From the IMG/VR virus record IMGVR_UViG_3300031519_005349, positions 1 to 38,188 of that record: DNA of 38,188 nt. One strand, given 5' to 3'. Under the pieces are notes generated by a model. That model worked only from the letters and a program-made list of their open reading frames with translations. It ran no database searches and had not been told where the DNA came from. Positions 37,967-38,188 of this stretch are shown here, one piece after another. Source of the stretch: a virus (taxonomy: Duplodnaviria; Caudoviricetes). Made by a program: the position numbers and the translations under genes. How positions within the stretch are numbered: the first letter of the stretch is position 1; every line of letters starts with the position of its first letter.

Positions 37967-37977
37967 ATATTTATATA
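37967..37977 (+). promoter_or_regulatory. Putative late promoter ATATTTATATA
   Basis: Recurrent motif 22 nt before ATG 37999. Confidence 0.75.
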
Positions 37978-37998
37978 TGAATAATAACATAGGAAATT

Positions 37999-38188
37999 AT
38001 GGATAAACTAACAGAATTTTTAACAAAGCCATTTTTAAAAAAAGATGTATTGGAAGAAGGAGTAAATGATCCTGGTATTCTTAAAGCAGTATTTCTTGCT
38101 GGTGGGCCTGGATCAGGTAAATCATATGTTGCTAGTGGATTGTTTGGAATACCAAAGAAAATTAGTGTATCTGCTTATGGAATGAAAT
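37999..38188 (+). CDS. P-loop kinase (zeta-toxin/AAA_33-like), truncated by the window end
   Basis: MDKLTEFLTKPFLKKDVLEEGVNDPGILKAVFLAGGPGSGKSYVAS..., Walker A GGPGSGKS. Confidence 0.8.
   Translation, partial: MDKLTEFLTKPFLKKDVLEEGVNDPGILKAVFLAGGPGSGKSYVASGLFGIPKKISVSAYGMK

Larger units (their letters stand above)
1..38188 (+). mobile_element. Segment of a large T4-like myovirus genome
   Basis: gp25-, gp6- and gp5-like baseplate genes, giant tail fibre, gp55-like sigma factor, primase, Mre11-Rad50 and a tRNA; dense co-directional genes with TAATG overlaps; no cellular housekeeping genes. Confidence 0.95.

Noticed and set aside
7701-37977. TTTATATA as an archaeal or eukaryotic TATA box (archaeal or giant virus)
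   Set aside because: A sigma-factor gene, a sigma70-type promoter and the U73 discriminator of tRNA-Gly point to a bacterial host
1-38188. Stop-codon reassignment or selenocysteine recoding
   Set aside because: Very long ORFs are intact under the standard code, TAG ends several genes (9812, 14163, 29386, 37946), and the Rdx-like ORF has no in-frame TGA

Overview
38 kb of a large, AT-rich, T4-like (contractile-tail) dsDNA bacteriophage genome, read in the standard genetic code and almost entirely on the + strand. Layout: (i) 1-7.6 kb, a tRNA-Gly(UCC) and a DNA-modification/regulation cluster (DUF4338/DruA-like protein, GIY-YIG/ParB-like fusion, EcoRI/MunI-like endonuclease plus Dam-family methylase, GT-B glycosyltransferase with a probable C-terminal HTH, Rdx-like small protein, HD hydrolase, gp55-like sigma factor) closed by an intrinsic terminator; (ii) 7.7-24.6 kb, late baseplate/tail genes (gp5-, gp25-, gp6- and gp7-like, tail-collar-like paralogs) and an HExxH protease; (iii) 24.6-29.4 kb, a replication/recombination block (CAAGTA repeat tract, Holliday junction resolvase, primase, fused Mre11-Rad50); (iv) an unlisted minus-strand ribbon-helix-helix gene divergent from a 2377-aa tail fibre, a second tail protein and a truncated P-loop kinase. 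Most notable signals: a [ST]-[GAS]-S tripeptide saturating the virion proteins but nearly absent from the enzymes (candidate virion modification sequon), the multi-enzyme DNA-modification island, a late-promoter motif ATATTTATATA, an RHH switch with back-to-back promoters, and a tRNA with a swapped A8:U14 pair. All product calls come from motif recognition by eye; no searches were run.
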